From: Chromatiales bacterium
Lineage (GTDB): Bacteria; Pseudomonadota; Gammaproteobacteria; SpSt-1174
DNA: 64,000 nucleotides
Direction of reading: 5' to 3'
Assembly: GCA_014762505.1 (NCBI GenBank)
Contig: JABURS010000042.1
Span: 18,877-82,876 of the forward strand
Below the pieces are notes generated by a model, which ran no database searches, was not told the origin of the DNA, and saw nothing but the letters and a program-made list of their open reading frames with translations. The first letter of the stretch is position 1, and the number at the start of each line of letters is the position of its first letter. This document shows, piece after piece, positions 20,606 to 30,111 of the stretch. The position numbers were made by a program, and so were the translations under genes.

Positions 20606-21664
20606 CTACTCGTGCAGCAGGTTCTCCTCGGAGAAGCCGCGGCTCTCCAGGATCTTGCGCAGGCGCTTGAGGGCATCCATCTGGATCTGGCGCACCCGCT
20701 CCCGGGTCACGCCCAGCTCGTTGCCCACCTCTTCCAGCGTGCAGCGCTCGTAGCCGTGCAGGCCGAAGCGGCGCACGATCACCTCGCGCTGCTTCTCGTC
20801 CAGCTCCATCAGCCAGTGGTCCACGTAGTCGTGCACGTCCTGGTCCTGGATCAGTTCGGCGGGCTCGGGCATGTGCTCGTCGGGGATCACGTCCAGCAAC
20901 GGACGATCGCTGTCCTTGCCGATGGGCAGATCCACCGAGGTGGCGCGCTCGCTCAGGTTCAGCAGGCGCTTCACGTCGTCCGGCGACTTGTTCAGCTCGC
21001 GGGCGACCTCGTCCGGGGTGGGCTCGTGTTCCAGCTCCTGCGCCAGGCGCCGGGCGGTACGCAGGTAGCTGTTGAGTTCCTTGATGACGTGGATGGGCAG
21101 GCGGATGGTGCGCGTCTGGTTCATCAGCGCACGCTCGATGGTCTGGCGTATCCACCAGGTCGCGTAGGTGGAGAAGCGGAAGCCGCGCTCCGGGTCGAAC
21201 TTCTCCACGGCGCGGATCAGACCGAGGTTCCCCTCCTCGATCAGGTCCAGCAGGGCGAGACCGCGATTCATGTAGCGCCGCGCGATCTTCACCACCAGAC
21301 GCAGGTTGCACTCGATCATCTTGCGCCGGCCCGACTCGTCGCCCTTGCGGGCCAGGCGCGAGTAATAGACTTCTTCCTCGGGGGTTAGCAGCGGGGAGTA
21401 TTCGATCTCGCTCAGATAGAGGCGCGTGGCATCGAGCTCACGCTTGGGGACATCGCCGGCCGCATAGACCTTTTTTTCGTCCTCAACACCCTCGTCTGGC
21501 GTGTCCGGGACGTCCGCCTGTGCATTGAGGTCGAGCTCGGACTCTGCCTGCTCCTCGTCCTCGGGCTCATCGACATGCTCGTCCTTCACATCGTCGTCCA
21601 TGCCACGAGGCATGCCCTTCTTCAGCCGGGTCGATTCCTTCTTCCTGCGCTGCTTGGACGGCAT
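20606..21664 (-). CDS. rpoS: RNA polymerase sigma factor RpoS (sigma-38)
   Basis: 352 aa with a basic-then-acidic N-terminus and conserved regions 2-4 ([40 protein letters not shown]). It occupies the canonical position after nlpD. Confidence 0.95.
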   Translation of the reverse strand: MPSKQRRKKESTRLKKGMPRGMDDDVKDEHVDEPEDEEQAESELDLNAQADVPDTPDEGVEDEKKVYAAGDVPKRELDATRLYLSEIEYSPLLTPEEEVYYSRLARKGDESGRRKMIECNLRLVVKIARRYMNRGLALLDLIEEGNLGLIRAVEKFDPERGFRFSTYATWWIRQTIERALMNQTRTIRLPIHVIKELNSYLRTARRLAQELEHEPTPDEVARELNKSPDDVKRLLNLSERATSVDLPIGKDSDRPLLDVIPDEHMPEPAELIQDQDVHDYVDHWLMELDEKQREVIVRRFGLHGYERCTLEEVGNELGVTRERVRQIQMDALKRLRKILESRGFSEENLLHE

Positions 21665-21699
21665 TGCAGTTCAGCTCCCATGGTGGCGGTGGCTTGCGA

Positions 21700-22467
21700 C
21701 TAACGTGCGGGAAGGTATTTCAGGGGATCGACCGGCCGACCGTCACGCCGTATCTCGAAGTGCAGCATGACGCGATCGGTTCCGGTATCGCCGAGTTTCG
21801 CGATCTGCTGACCGGCCTCGACGATGTCACCCTCCTTCACCAGCAAACTGCTGTTGTGCGCGTAGGCACTCAGATAATTCTTGTTATGGTTGATGATGAT
21901 AAGCTGGCCGTATCCGAGAAGTCCACTCCCGCTGTAGACCACCTCGCCCCCCGCCGTGGCCATCACCGGCTGCCCCTTTTTACCACTGATGGCAATGCCC
22001 TTCTTGCCGGCATTTTCCTGCGAAAACCGGCGTATCACCTCACCATCGGTGGGCCATATCCAGCGACTCGGCGCCGGTGCCGCGGCCATCTTGCCCGTGG
22101 TGGTGGTGACGGTCGGTCGGGAGACGGATGCGGTCGATGCCGGTGCCGATGGGCGCGTCGTCGTCGGCTCGCGCGGCGCACTGCTGGTCGTGTTGGCAGC
22201 GGCGGCACGCCGGCTGCGTTCGGCCTGGGCCTGCATCGGATTCATGATCAGGCGCTGACCGGGATAGATGGTGTACGGCGGACCGATGCCGTTCCACTGG
22301 GCGAGTTCCTTGTGATCGAGCTTGAAACGCCAGGCGATGGAATAGAGCGTGTCGCCACGCCGTACGGTGTAGTGATCGGGATAGAGCAGGCGGGAACCGC
22401 TGGTACTGCACCCGGCCAGCAGCAGGAGCATCAATCCACAGGCGAGAATGCGTAGCGCGCGTTTCAT
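21700..22467 (-). CDS. nlpD: Murein hydrolase activator NlpD (LysM + M23 lipoprotein)
   Basis: ATG 22465-22467 lies within ORF 21700..22797. Features are the lipobox LLLLAGCS, LysM (YTVRRGDTLYSIAW), a Thr/Ser/Pro linker and a C-terminal M23-like domain. Confidence 0.92.
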   Translation of the reverse strand: MKRALRILACGLMLLLLAGCSTSGSRLLYPDHYTVRRGDTLYSIAWRFKLDHKELAQWNGIGPPYTIYPGQRLIMNPMQAQAERSRRAAAANTTSSAPREPTTTRPSAPASTASVSRPTVTTTTGKMAAAPAPSRWIWPTDGEVIRRFSQENAGKKGIAISGKKGQPVMATAGGEVVYSGSGLLGYGQLIIINHNKNYLSAYAHNSSLLVKEGDIVEAGQQIAKLGDTGTDRVMLHFEIRRDGRPVDPLKYLPAR

Positions 22468-23048
22468 CCCTGCGCCAGCGTAACGAACAATACGGCCAGA
22501 ACCAACAGGATCACCGAGATCCAGCCAAACCATTCGATGTAACGGCGCACGATGGGAATCATGCTCGGCCCGAGGGTGATGATGAGTACGGCCTCGAGAA
22601 AGAAGCGCAGCCCGCGGCCGACAAAGGAGGCCAGCAGAAAGGGCAGCAATGCCAGAGAGAGGGCACCCGCGGTCACGGTAAAGAGCTTGTAGGGGATGGG
22701 CGAGAAACCGGCCACCAGTACGAACCATACCCCCCAGGAGGCGAAGGCCGTCTTCACCTCGTCGAGCCGCGGGCCGTAGCCGAGTTCGTGGATCCATGGC
22801 TCGATGGCCTCGAAGGCGAGGTAACCGATGAGATAGCCGAACAGGCCGCCCGCCACCGAGGCCAGGGTGGTGATGAGGGCATAGCGATAGCCCCGTTCCG
22901 GCTGCGCCGCGATCATGGGGATGAGCATCACGTCCGGCGGGACGGGAAAGAACGACGACTCGGCGAAGCTCAGGCCGGCCAGGTAGCGTGGCGCATGCCG
23001 GTGGGCGGCCAGTCGCATGGCCCAGTCGTAGAGCCGCCCGAAGAGCAT
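22464..23048 (-). CDS. VTT-domain membrane protein (DedA/YqaA family, COG1238-like)
   Basis: ATG 23046-23048 (MLFGRLYDW...) lies within ORF 22464..23138. The SFAESSFFPVPPDVML motif and multiple TM helices are present. The start overlaps the pcm stop (TGATG) and the stop overlaps the nlpD start (ATGA). Confidence 0.8.
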   Translation of the reverse strand: MLFGRLYDWAMRLAAHRHAPRYLAGLSFAESSFFPVPPDVMLIPMIAAQPERGYRYALITTLASVAGGLFGYLIGYLAFEAIEPWIHELGYGPRLDEVKTAFASWGVWFVLVAGFSPIPYKLFTVTAGALSLALLPFLLASFVGRGLRFFLEAVLIITLGPSMIPIVRRYIEWFGWISVILLVLAVLFVTLAQG

Positions 23049-23719
23049 CAGCGCACCTCGCCCTGGCAGAAGGGCACGAAGCTCACCGCCTCCACCTCCT
23101 GGCGCTCGACGACCTGTCCCTTGCGCTCCAGCAGGCACAGTCGCTGCCCCTGCCCTTCCGCCAGCGGGATGAGCATGCGCCCGCCATCGGCGAGCTGTTC
23201 CAGCAGGGCCTGCGGGATCTCGTCGGCCGCCGCCGTGGCGATGATGGCATCGAAGGGGGCCTGCTCGGGCCAGCCCCAGGTGCCGTCGGTGTGGCGCATG
23301 AAGAAATTGCGGTAACCCAGGCGATGCACCAGGTCGCGGGTGCGCAGATGCAGGTCGCGGATGCGCTCGACGCTGTAGACCTTCTCCACCAGTTGGGCGA
23401 GGATCGCGCCCTGGTAGCCCGAGCCGGTACCGATCTCCAGCACCCGGCGCACGGGCTGTTCGCCGGCCAGCAGGATCTCGGTCATGCGCGCCACGGTATA
23501 GGGCTGGGAGATGGTCTGGCGAAAGCCGATGGGCAGGGCCGTGTCCTCGTAGGCGCGGCTGGAGAGGGCCTCATCCACGAACAGGTGGCGCGGGGTCTGC
23601 CGCATCACCTCCAGCACGCGTTCGTTGCGTATCCCCCGTTCCCGCAGGCGCTCCACCAGGCGGTCGCGCGTACGCTGGGAGGTCATGCCGATACCTCGGC
23701 GGCTCACATCATCGATCAA
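23048..23719 (-). CDS. pcm: Protein-L-isoaspartate O-methyltransferase
   Basis: 223 aa with SAM motif [11 protein letters not shown]. The start overlaps the surE stop. Confidence 0.95.
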   Translation of the reverse strand: MIDDVSRRGIGMTSQRTRDRLVERLRERGIRNERVLEVMRQTPRHLFVDEALSSRAYEDTALPIGFRQTISQPYTVARMTEILLAGEQPVRRVLEIGTGSGYQGAILAQLVEKVYSVERIRDLHLRTRDLVHRLGYRNFFMRHTDGTWGWPEQAPFDAIIATAAADEIPQALLEQLADGGRMLIPLAEGQGQRLCLLERKGQVVERQEVEAVSFVPFCQGEVR

Positions 23720-24465
23720 AGAATGTCCCCCAGCCAGTCACCCACGGTGTCCAGCGCCTTGTGGCGTGTCAGATCCACCTGCAGCGGGGTGACGGCGATA
23801 TACCCCTGTGCAATGGCATGAAAATCGGTCCCCGGTCCCGCATCGGCCTCGGGACCCGCCGGACCGATCCAGTAGATGGGGCGCCCGCGCGGGTCCGTAC
23901 CGCGCACCACCGACTCCGACTTGTGCCGGTAGCCGAGTCGCGTGGAACGAAAGCCGCGCACCTGCTCCCAGGGGATATCCGGCACGTTGACGTTGAGAAT
24001 CGTGTCCGAGGGCAGCGGGCGCGCCTGCATGCGCGCGAGCAGCAGCATGGCAGCGCGCGCGGCGGTCGCGAAATGCCGGCCCTCGAAGGAGGTCAGCGAG
24101 ACGGCCATGGCCGGCAGGCCGAGGAAGCGCCCCTCCATGGCGGCGGCCACCGTCCCCGAATACAGCACGTCGTCGCCCAGGTTGGCACCGAGATTGATGC
24201 CGGAGATCACCATGTCCGGCTCCTCCTCCATCAGCCCGGTGATGGCCACGTGCACGCAGTCGGTAGGCGTGCCGTTGACGGCGATGAAGCCGCTGGGCTG
24301 TGTGGTGGCGCGCAGGGGGCGGTCCAGCGTGAGCGAGTTGCTGGCGCCGCTACGGTCGCGATCGGGCGCGACCACCGTGACGCGGGCTACCTGGGCAAGC
24401 GCCCGGGCGAGCTCGGCGAGTCCCGGGGCCTGGTAGCCGTCATCGTTGCTGACGAGGATGTGCAT
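23716..24465 (-). CDS. surE: 5'/3'-nucleotidase SurE
   Basis: 249 aa with the N-terminus [15 protein letters not shown] typical of SurE. Confidence 0.95.
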   Translation of the reverse strand: MHILVSNDDGYQAPGLAELARALAQVARVTVVAPDRDRSGASNSLTLDRPLRATTQPSGFIAVNGTPTDCVHVAITGLMEEEPDMVISGINLGANLGDDVLYSGTVAAAMEGRFLGLPAMAVSLTSFEGRHFATAARAAMLLLARMQARPLPSDTILNVNVPDIPWEQVRGFRSTRLGYRHKSESVVRGTDPRGRPIYWIGPAGPEADAGPGTDFHAIAQGYIAVTPLQVDLTRHKALDTVGDWLGDIL

Positions 24466-24561
24466 GAAGATCCGGCCTTGATATCAGGGTGTTAATATAC
24501 TGGAATGAATCCGGGCCGCCCATAGTTCTGACCGCCCATTCCCCCGGCCACCGGAACCGAC

Positions 24562-25125
24562 ATGACCGATGACGACGACAATCCGAACGATGGCGACATC
24601 CACCTCTTTCGCCAACTGATGGGCGAAGAAGTGGCGCCGTTGCGCCACGACAAGGTGGAACCCCCGCCCTCGCGCCCGGCGCCGCGACCGGCACAGCTGA
24701 TGGCCGACGAGGCGCGCGTGCTGGATGACATGCTCTCCGACGACTACGACCCGAGCGAACTGCAGCCGGGCGACATGCTGGCCTTCTGCCGGCCCGGGCT
24801 GAAGAAGACCCACTACCGCAAGCTGCGCCGGGGCGAATACGCCCAGGCCGCCGAGCTCGACCTGCACGGACTGACCGTGCCGCTGGCCCGCGAGGCCCTG
24901 GTCACCTTCCTCGACGAATGCCGGCGCCTCGACGCGCGCTGCGTGCGCATCATCCACGGCAAGGGCCTGCGCTCCAGCAACCAGGGGCCGGTACTCAAGA
25001 TCATGGTCAACCGCTGGCTGCGCCAGCGCGACGAGGTGCTGGCCTTCTGCTCGGCGCGGCCGGTGGATGGCGGCACCGGCGCGGTCTACGTGCTGCTGCG
25101 CCGCTGGCGTGGCACCGGTGATTAA
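24562..25125 (+). CDS. smrB: Smr-domain endonuclease, SmrB-like
   Basis: 187 aa. The N-terminal LFRQLM motif and the C-terminal Smr domain (LDLHGLTVPLAREAL...IIHGKG...) match E. coli SmrB as remembered. Confidence 0.75.
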   Translation: MTDDDDNPNDGDIHLFRQLMGEEVAPLRHDKVEPPPSRPAPRPAQLMADEARVLDDMLSDDYDPSELQPGDMLAFCRPGLKKTHYRKLRRGEYAQAAELDLHGLTVPLAREALVTFLDECRRLDARCVRIIHGKGLRSSNQGPVLKIMVNRWLRQRDEVLAFCSARPVDGGTGAVYVLLRRWRGTGD

Positions 25126-25205
25126 GTCACCGACCCCCTGCCCCGTCCGGCCGTAAGCTCTGCGCAACGACCCTTTCTGCCTGACCAACCGTCGAGGTGA
25201 TTCAC

Positions 25206-25778
25206 ATGTACAAGAAGATGCTTCCCGCTCTGCTGCTGGTCGCCGCCCTGCCGGTGGCCGCCGACAACCATGGCCAGCAGGCCGCCATGCCCGACGTCGC
25301 CGAGGCCCGCGCCCTGGTGAAACAGTTCGGCGGCACGCTCAAGGGTGAGCTGGTCTCCGCCATGAAGGCCGAAGGGCCGGTGGCCGCCATCGAGGTGTGC
25401 AACACCCGCGCCCCCGAGATCGCCGACAGCCTCTCGCAGGACGGCTGGAAGGTGGCCCGCACCTCGCTCAAGACCCGTAACGACAACAACAACCCGGACG
25501 CCTGGGAAAAGGCCGTGCTGGAACGCTTCGAGCAGCAGAAGGCGGAAGGCAAGGACGTGGCCACGCTGGAATACAGCGAGGTGGTGGATACCGCGCACGG
25601 CACCGAGTTCCGCTACATGAAGGCCATCGGCACCGAGGCCGCCTGCCTCACCTGCCACGGCAGCAAGATCAGCGAGCCGGTGAAGGCCCGCCTGGACGCG
25701 CTCTACCCGAACGACCGCGCACGCGGCTTCAGCGAGGGCGACATCCGCGGCGCCTTCACCCTGCGCCACAGCATGTAA
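25206..25778 (+). CDS. Secreted DUF3365 (Tll0287-like) c-type haem-binding protein
   Basis: ORF 25197..25778. ATG 25206 lies 5 nt after GAGGTGA. A signal peptide and a single CLTCH haem-c motif are present. Confidence 0.7.
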   Translation: MYKKMLPALLLVAALPVAADNHGQQAAMPDVAEARALVKQFGGTLKGELVSAMKAEGPVAAIEVCNTRAPEIADSLSQDGWKVARTSLKTRNDNNNPDAWEKAVLERFEQQKAEGKDVATLEYSEVVDTAHGTEFRYMKAIGTEAACLTCHGSKISEPVKARLDALYPNDRARGFSEGDIRGAFTLRHSM

Positions 25779-25827
25779 CCCGCCCGGACGCCGGCGCGCG
25801 AGGCCAGACATCCGGCCAGCTATCCGG

Positions 25828-26901
25828 CTAGAGTTCGTTCTCCCCCTCGGCACGCTGTGCATCGCGCAGCGTGCCGAGTTCTCTCAGCACCGCCGTGGCA
25901 TAGGCCCCGGCCGGCAGGGTGAAGGCCAGCTGCAGCGTATCGGCCGCCAGCCACGCGTGCTCCACGTCCGCCAGGCGCAGGCGCAGGGCGCGCCGCTCCT
26001 GCCTCAGCCCGGCCGCCTCGAGCCCGGCACACAGCGCCTGCCACTCCCCGGCCACCGCGGTCTCCAGCGCGGCCACCGCGCCCGTCGATTCCAGCGCCCC
26101 CGCCCCCCAGAGCGGGCCGGTCGGGTGCACATCCAGTTCGGCATGGCGACGGCGCAGGGTGTCGTCGATGACCGGCGCCTGGAACCAGCTGTGCGTACCG
26201 TCGAGCATCAGCAGCTCACCGTCCAGCGGCCGGTCCCAGGTCCCGTCCCGCAGGCGCCGGTCCAGCACCTGGTTGAACACCCAGGAACGGGCTGCCGAGA
26301 GATACAGGCCACGGCGCTTGCGGTCGGGCTCGCGTAGACGCCCCTCGAACAGGGCCACGGCCCGGTCCAGATTGCCACGACCGCGACCGAAACGCTGCTC
26401 GCCGAAGTAATTGGGCACGCCGTGGGCGGTCAGCGCGGCCAGGCCCTCGGCCAGTGCCTGCGCATCGCCCTGGCAGTCGCGCAGCACGAGCGTGAAGTGG
26501 TTCCCGCTGAGGCTGCCGGTACGGATCTTGCGCCGCCCGCGCGTGGCCTCGAGGACCCGGATACCCGATGGCAGGCCCGACTGCCAGTCGGCCGGCGGGT
26601 CCTTGGGGGCGTGGACGCTGAACCACTGCGTGGTGACGGCATGGCGGTCCTTGAGGCCGGCATAGCCGACCCCGCGCGGCGGCACGCCGATGGCCCGCGC
26701 CAGGGCGCGGCCGACGAAATCCGTGTTCTCGCCGGTCTTCTCCACCTGCAGCCAAAGGTGTTCCCCCTCGCCTTCGGCGGTGTAGGGCAGGATCTCGTCG
26801 ACGCGAAAGTCGTCGGGCTGCTGGCGGATGATGCCGGCCGTCAGCGCCGGTGCCCGCCAGCGCGCCCAGTCGGTGGTCCATGGCTCCCGGAGATCGCTCA
26901 T
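25828..26901 (-). CDS. truD: tRNA pseudouridine(13) synthase TruD
   Basis: 357 aa, TruD-like throughout (FRVDEI...GLKDRHAVT...NYFGEQRFG). The start overlaps the tsaB stop. Confidence 0.92.
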   Translation of the reverse strand: MSDLREPWTTDWARWRAPALTAGIIRQQPDDFRVDEILPYTAEGEGEHLWLQVEKTGENTDFVGRALARAIGVPPRGVGYAGLKDRHAVTTQWFSVHAPKDPPADWQSGLPSGIRVLEATRGRRKIRTGSLSGNHFTLVLRDCQGDAQALAEGLAALTAHGVPNYFGEQRFGRGRGNLDRAVALFEGRLREPDRKRRGLYLSAARSWVFNQVLDRRLRDGTWDRPLDGELLMLDGTHSWFQAPVIDDTLRRRHAELDVHPTGPLWGAGALESTGAVAALETAVAGEWQALCAGLEAAGLRQERRALRLRLADVEHAWLAADTLQLAFTLPAGAYATAVLRELGTLRDAQRAEGENEL

Positions 26902-27611
26902 GCGTCCTGCCCCGGCTTAACCGCGACGTTGTCGCGCAGGTAGACGGGCTGGGCCGCCTCGGCCGGCAGGCAGTCGCCCTGGGCATAGGCCCGGGCCGCG
27001 AGCCGCTGCATCGCCCGGGCAGCGGGCAGGACATCGGGCAGGGTCCGCGCGAGCCTGCCGCCCAGGCGTGCCTGCAGGGCCTCGGCATGCGCGGCAAAGC
27101 CGCTGCCGACGCCGACCCAGCCCGCGTCGCCAGCTTCATCCCCACCTTCCCCCGGGGGCAGCGGCACGGCCCCGGGGGCACAGACGACCTCCTCGCCGAC
27201 CGGTTCGGCCACCCCGTCGGCGGCACGCCGGTAACAGCCCCAGTAGACCTCGCCCATGCGCGCATCCAGGGCCGCCATCACCCGCTCCGCCCCCTGCTCG
27301 TCCATCACCTGCTGGGCCATGGTCGCCAGGGTGGAGACCGGGATCACGGGCAGCCCGGCCCCGAGCGCGAGACCCTGGGCCACGCCGGCGGCGATGCGCA
27401 GGCCGGTGAAGGCACCGGGGCCGCGGCCGAAGGCGATGGCGTCGAGATCGGCGGCCGCCAGGCCCGCCGCAGCCAGCAGCTCGCCGGCCATGGGCAGGAT
27501 GAGCTCGGTATGGCGGCGCGGCGCGAGTTCGAAGCGACTCGATGCCGCATCGTCGAGAAACAGTGCGGCGGAACAGGCGTCGGTGGCGGTGTCGATGGCG
27601 AGGATCTTCAT
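26898..27611 (-). CDS. tsaB: tRNA threonylcarbamoyladenosine biosynthesis protein TsaB
   Basis: This is the 237-aa tail of ORF 26898..29258 (MKILAIDTATDACSAALF...FGRGPGAFTGLRI). ATG 27609-27611 overlaps the upstream helicase stop. Confidence 0.9.
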   Translation of the reverse strand: MKILAIDTATDACSAALFLDDAASSRFELAPRRHTELILPMAGELLAAAGLAAADLDAIAFGRGPGAFTGLRIAAGVAQGLALGAGLPVIPVSTLATMAQQVMDEQGAERVMAALDARMGEVYWGCYRRAADGVAEPVGEEVVCAPGAVPLPPGEGGDEAGDAGWVGVGSGFAAHAEALQARLGGRLARTLPDVLPAARAMQRLAARAYAQGDCLPAEAAQPVYLRDNVAVKPGQDA

Positions 27612-29557
27612 CAGGCGGTCCTGTCGGTGGCTTCGCGGCCGGCGAGCTCGCCGACGGTGAAGAAGGCGGTCACGTCGTCGTGATCCCGGGTGACAGGGAC
27701 CGGCGGCAGGCTGTCGAGGAAGATGCGCCCATACTGCTTGGTGCGCAGGCGCGGGTCGCAGAGCATCAGCACGCCGCGGTCGGCGGCGTCGCGGATCAGC
27801 CGGCCCACCCCCTGTTTCAGGGTAATCACCGCCTGCGGCAGCTGGTAGTCCATGAAGGGGTTGCCGCCGCCGCTGCGGATGGCATTGAGACGGGCCTGCA
27901 GCACCGGGTCGCCCGGCGAGGCGAAGGGCAGCTTGTCGATGATGACGCAGCTCAGGGCCTCGCCGCGCACGTCCACGCCCTCCCAGAAGCTGCTGGTGCC
28001 GAGCAGCACGGCATTGCCCAGGGCGCGAAAGCGCTCGATCAGCTCGCCGCGCGGCATGTCGCCCTGGATCAGCAGCGGGAACGGCAGCCGCCCCTCCAGG
28101 AGCTCGGCCGCCTCGCGCAGGGCGCGGTGGCTGGTGAACAGCATGAAGCAGCGCCCGCGGCTGGCACGGATCACGGGCAGGGCCGCCTCCACCACCGCGC
28201 GGGTATAGCCCGGGTCGTTGGGATCCGGCAGGCCGTTCGGCAGATACAGCAGGGCGTTGCGGGCATAGTCGAAGGGGCTGTCGAGCTGCAGGGTCTTGGC
28301 CTCGGACAGGCCCAGCTGCGAGGCGAAGTGGTCGAAGCGCTCGCCCACCGCCAGGGTGGCCGAGGTGAAGATCCAGGCGCAGGGATGGGCCGCCAAGCGA
28401 CTGTGGAAGAGCTCGGCCACGTCCAGCGGCGTGATGTTCAGGGTGAAGGCGCGGGTGAAGGTCTCGTACCACTGGATGGCGCGATCGTCCGGGGACTTGA
28501 GCCGCTCGAGCCGCTGTTGCGCCAGGTGGGCACGGCGCAGGCAGGCCTCCAGGCCCTTGCCGCGCTCGGCGCCGAGCTCCAGCGCCCCGGTCAGCGCCGC
28601 CAGGCAGTCGCCCAGCTGCTCCAGGCCGTCGGCCACGTCGGGCTTGTGGCGGATGCGCTCCCAGGGCTCGCGCTGCCCGGCACGGCCCAGGGCCAGGCGC
28701 AGGTCGAGCGTGGCCTTCTCCAGGCCCGCAGCGTGCGTGCGGATGGCCTCCATGTCCGGGGCCTCGTTGTGACTCTCGCTGGTGCTGTCGCGGCCGAGTT
28801 CGAGCAGCTGGCGGCTGCCCAGGGTCTGGCCGAAGAAGACCGAGGCGATCTCCGGCAGCTGGTGGGCCTCGTCGAGGATCACGGCATTGGCGCTGGGCAG
28901 CAGCTCGCCGAAGCCCTCCTCCTTCAGCGCCAGGTCGGCAAAGAAGAGGTGGTGGTTGATCACCACCACGTCGGCCTCCTGCGCGGCGCGGCGGGCCTGC
29001 ACCACGTGGCAGCGGCTGTAGTCCTCGCAGTCCTGGCCGAGGCAGTTGTCGACCGTGGAGGTCACCTGCGACCAGATCTCGGCGTTCTCCGCCACCCCGC
29101 TCACCTCGCCGATGTCGCCGGAGCGCGTGACGCCCACCCACTCGCGGATCTGGCGCAGCTCGGCCACCTGCTGGCGGTCGCGCAACCGCCCCTCGGCCAC
29201 GGTGGCGCGAAAGCGGTGCAGGCAGAGGTAGTTGGAACGCCCCTTCAGCAGGGCGCACTGGGCATTCACGCCCAGCGCCTTGCGCACCAGGGGGAGGTCC
29301 TTGTGAAAGAGCTGGTCCTGCAGGGTCTTGGTGCCGGTGGAGACGATCACCTTGCCGCCCGAGAGCAGCGCCGGCACCAGGTAGGCGAAGGTCTTGCCCA
29401 CGCCCGTGCCGGCCTCGGCGATGAGCATGGCGTAATCACCCAGGGCCCGTTCCACGGCCGCGGCCATGGCCTGTTGCTGCGGGCGGGCCTGGAAGCCCTG
29501 CAGCAGCGTGGCGAAGGGGCCCTGCGGCCCCAGGGCGTCGTGGGCGTCGAGGTCCAC
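27611..29557 (-). CDS. ATP-dependent DNA helicase, DinG/YoaA (Rad3-like Fe-S) family
   Basis: 648 aa with Walker A AEAGTGVGKT, a DEAH box (VILDEAHQL) and a Cys cluster (YLC...DNCLGQDCEDYSRC). The apparent GTG start at 29555-29557 lies 1 nt after the upstream stop. Confidence 0.88.
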   Translation of the reverse strand: MDLDAHDALGPQGPFATLLQGFQARPQQQAMAAAVERALGDYAMLIAEAGTGVGKTFAYLVPALLSGGKVIVSTGTKTLQDQLFHKDLPLVRKALGVNAQCALLKGRSNYLCLHRFRATVAEGRLRDRQQVAELRQIREWVGVTRSGDIGEVSGVAENAEIWSQVTSTVDNCLGQDCEDYSRCHVVQARRAAQEADVVVINHHLFFADLALKEEGFGELLPSANAVILDEAHQLPEIASVFFGQTLGSRQLLELGRDSTSESHNEAPDMEAIRTHAAGLEKATLDLRLALGRAGQREPWERIRHKPDVADGLEQLGDCLAALTGALELGAERGKGLEACLRRAHLAQQRLERLKSPDDRAIQWYETFTRAFTLNITPLDVAELFHSRLAAHPCAWIFTSATLAVGERFDHFASQLGLSEAKTLQLDSPFDYARNALLYLPNGLPDPNDPGYTRAVVEAALPVIRASRGRCFMLFTSHRALREAAELLEGRLPFPLLIQGDMPRGELIERFRALGNAVLLGTSSFWEGVDVRGEALSCVIIDKLPFASPGDPVLQARLNAIRSGGGNPFMDYQLPQAVITLKQGVGRLIRDAADRGVLMLCDPRLRTKQYGRIFLDSLPPVPVTRDHDDVTAFFTVGELAGREATDRTA

Positions 29558-29558
29558 G

Positions 29559-30053
29559 TCAGCGCCCCTGCAGCTCGGCCGCGCGCCGCATCGCCGCCTC
29601 GAAACCGACCTGGTCGTTCTGCTGCCGCCGGGCCTCGGCGATCAGGCGCCAGTTGACGCTCTGGATGGCGCGGTTGTCGCCGGCCAGGCGATTGGCCTTG
29701 CCGGCCAGGGCCTCGGCCTGGGCGTAGTCGCCCTGCTGCAGCCGGGCCGCCGCCAGGCGCTGCCAGATGCGGGGATTGCGCGGCTCGATGCGCAGCGCCC
29801 GCTCGAGCTCGGCGATGGCGGCATCCGGCTCGCCGGCCCGCCGCCGCGCGTCGGCGGCGGCGACCAGGCTGGCGGCGGCAGGCGATAGCTCGTGGGCGGC
29901 CGACGCATCCGCCGGCGCCGGTCGAAACGCCGGACTCGCCCCCGTGCCCGGGTCGCGCGGGCCGACGGGCGGCGCCGTGGCACAGCCGGCCACAAGGAGG
30001 ACCAGCAGGGCCAGCGGCCCGACGAGACGGCTTGGGATGAGGGTCGGTTTCAT
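29559..30053 (-). CDS. TPR lipoprotein immediately downstream of mrcB; LpoP-like candidate PBP1b activator
   Basis: 164 aa with lipobox LLVAGCA, a disordered Pro/Ala linker and a TPR-like C-terminus. The position matches P. aeruginosa lpoP next to ponB (from memory). Confidence 0.55.
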   Translation of the reverse strand: MKPTLIPSRLVGPLALLVLLVAGCATAPPVGPRDPGTGASPAFRPAPADASAAHELSPAAASLVAAADARRRAGEPDAAIAELERALRIEPRNPRIWQRLAAARLQQGDYAQAEALAGKANRLAGDNRAIQSVNWRLIAEARRQQNDQVGFEAAMRRAAELQGR

Positions 30054-30111
30054 GCTGCGCGCAGTTTACACAGGACGGCCGATGCCCGCGACAGGCAGCG
30101 GCGCCGGCCGG

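Noticed and set aside
21665-22467. rpoS promoter(s) and long 5' UTR inside nlpD, as known in E. coli
   Set aside because: This is plausible by analogy, but I could not identify convincing -35/-10 elements inside the high-GC nlpD coding sequence by eye, so I made no feature call.
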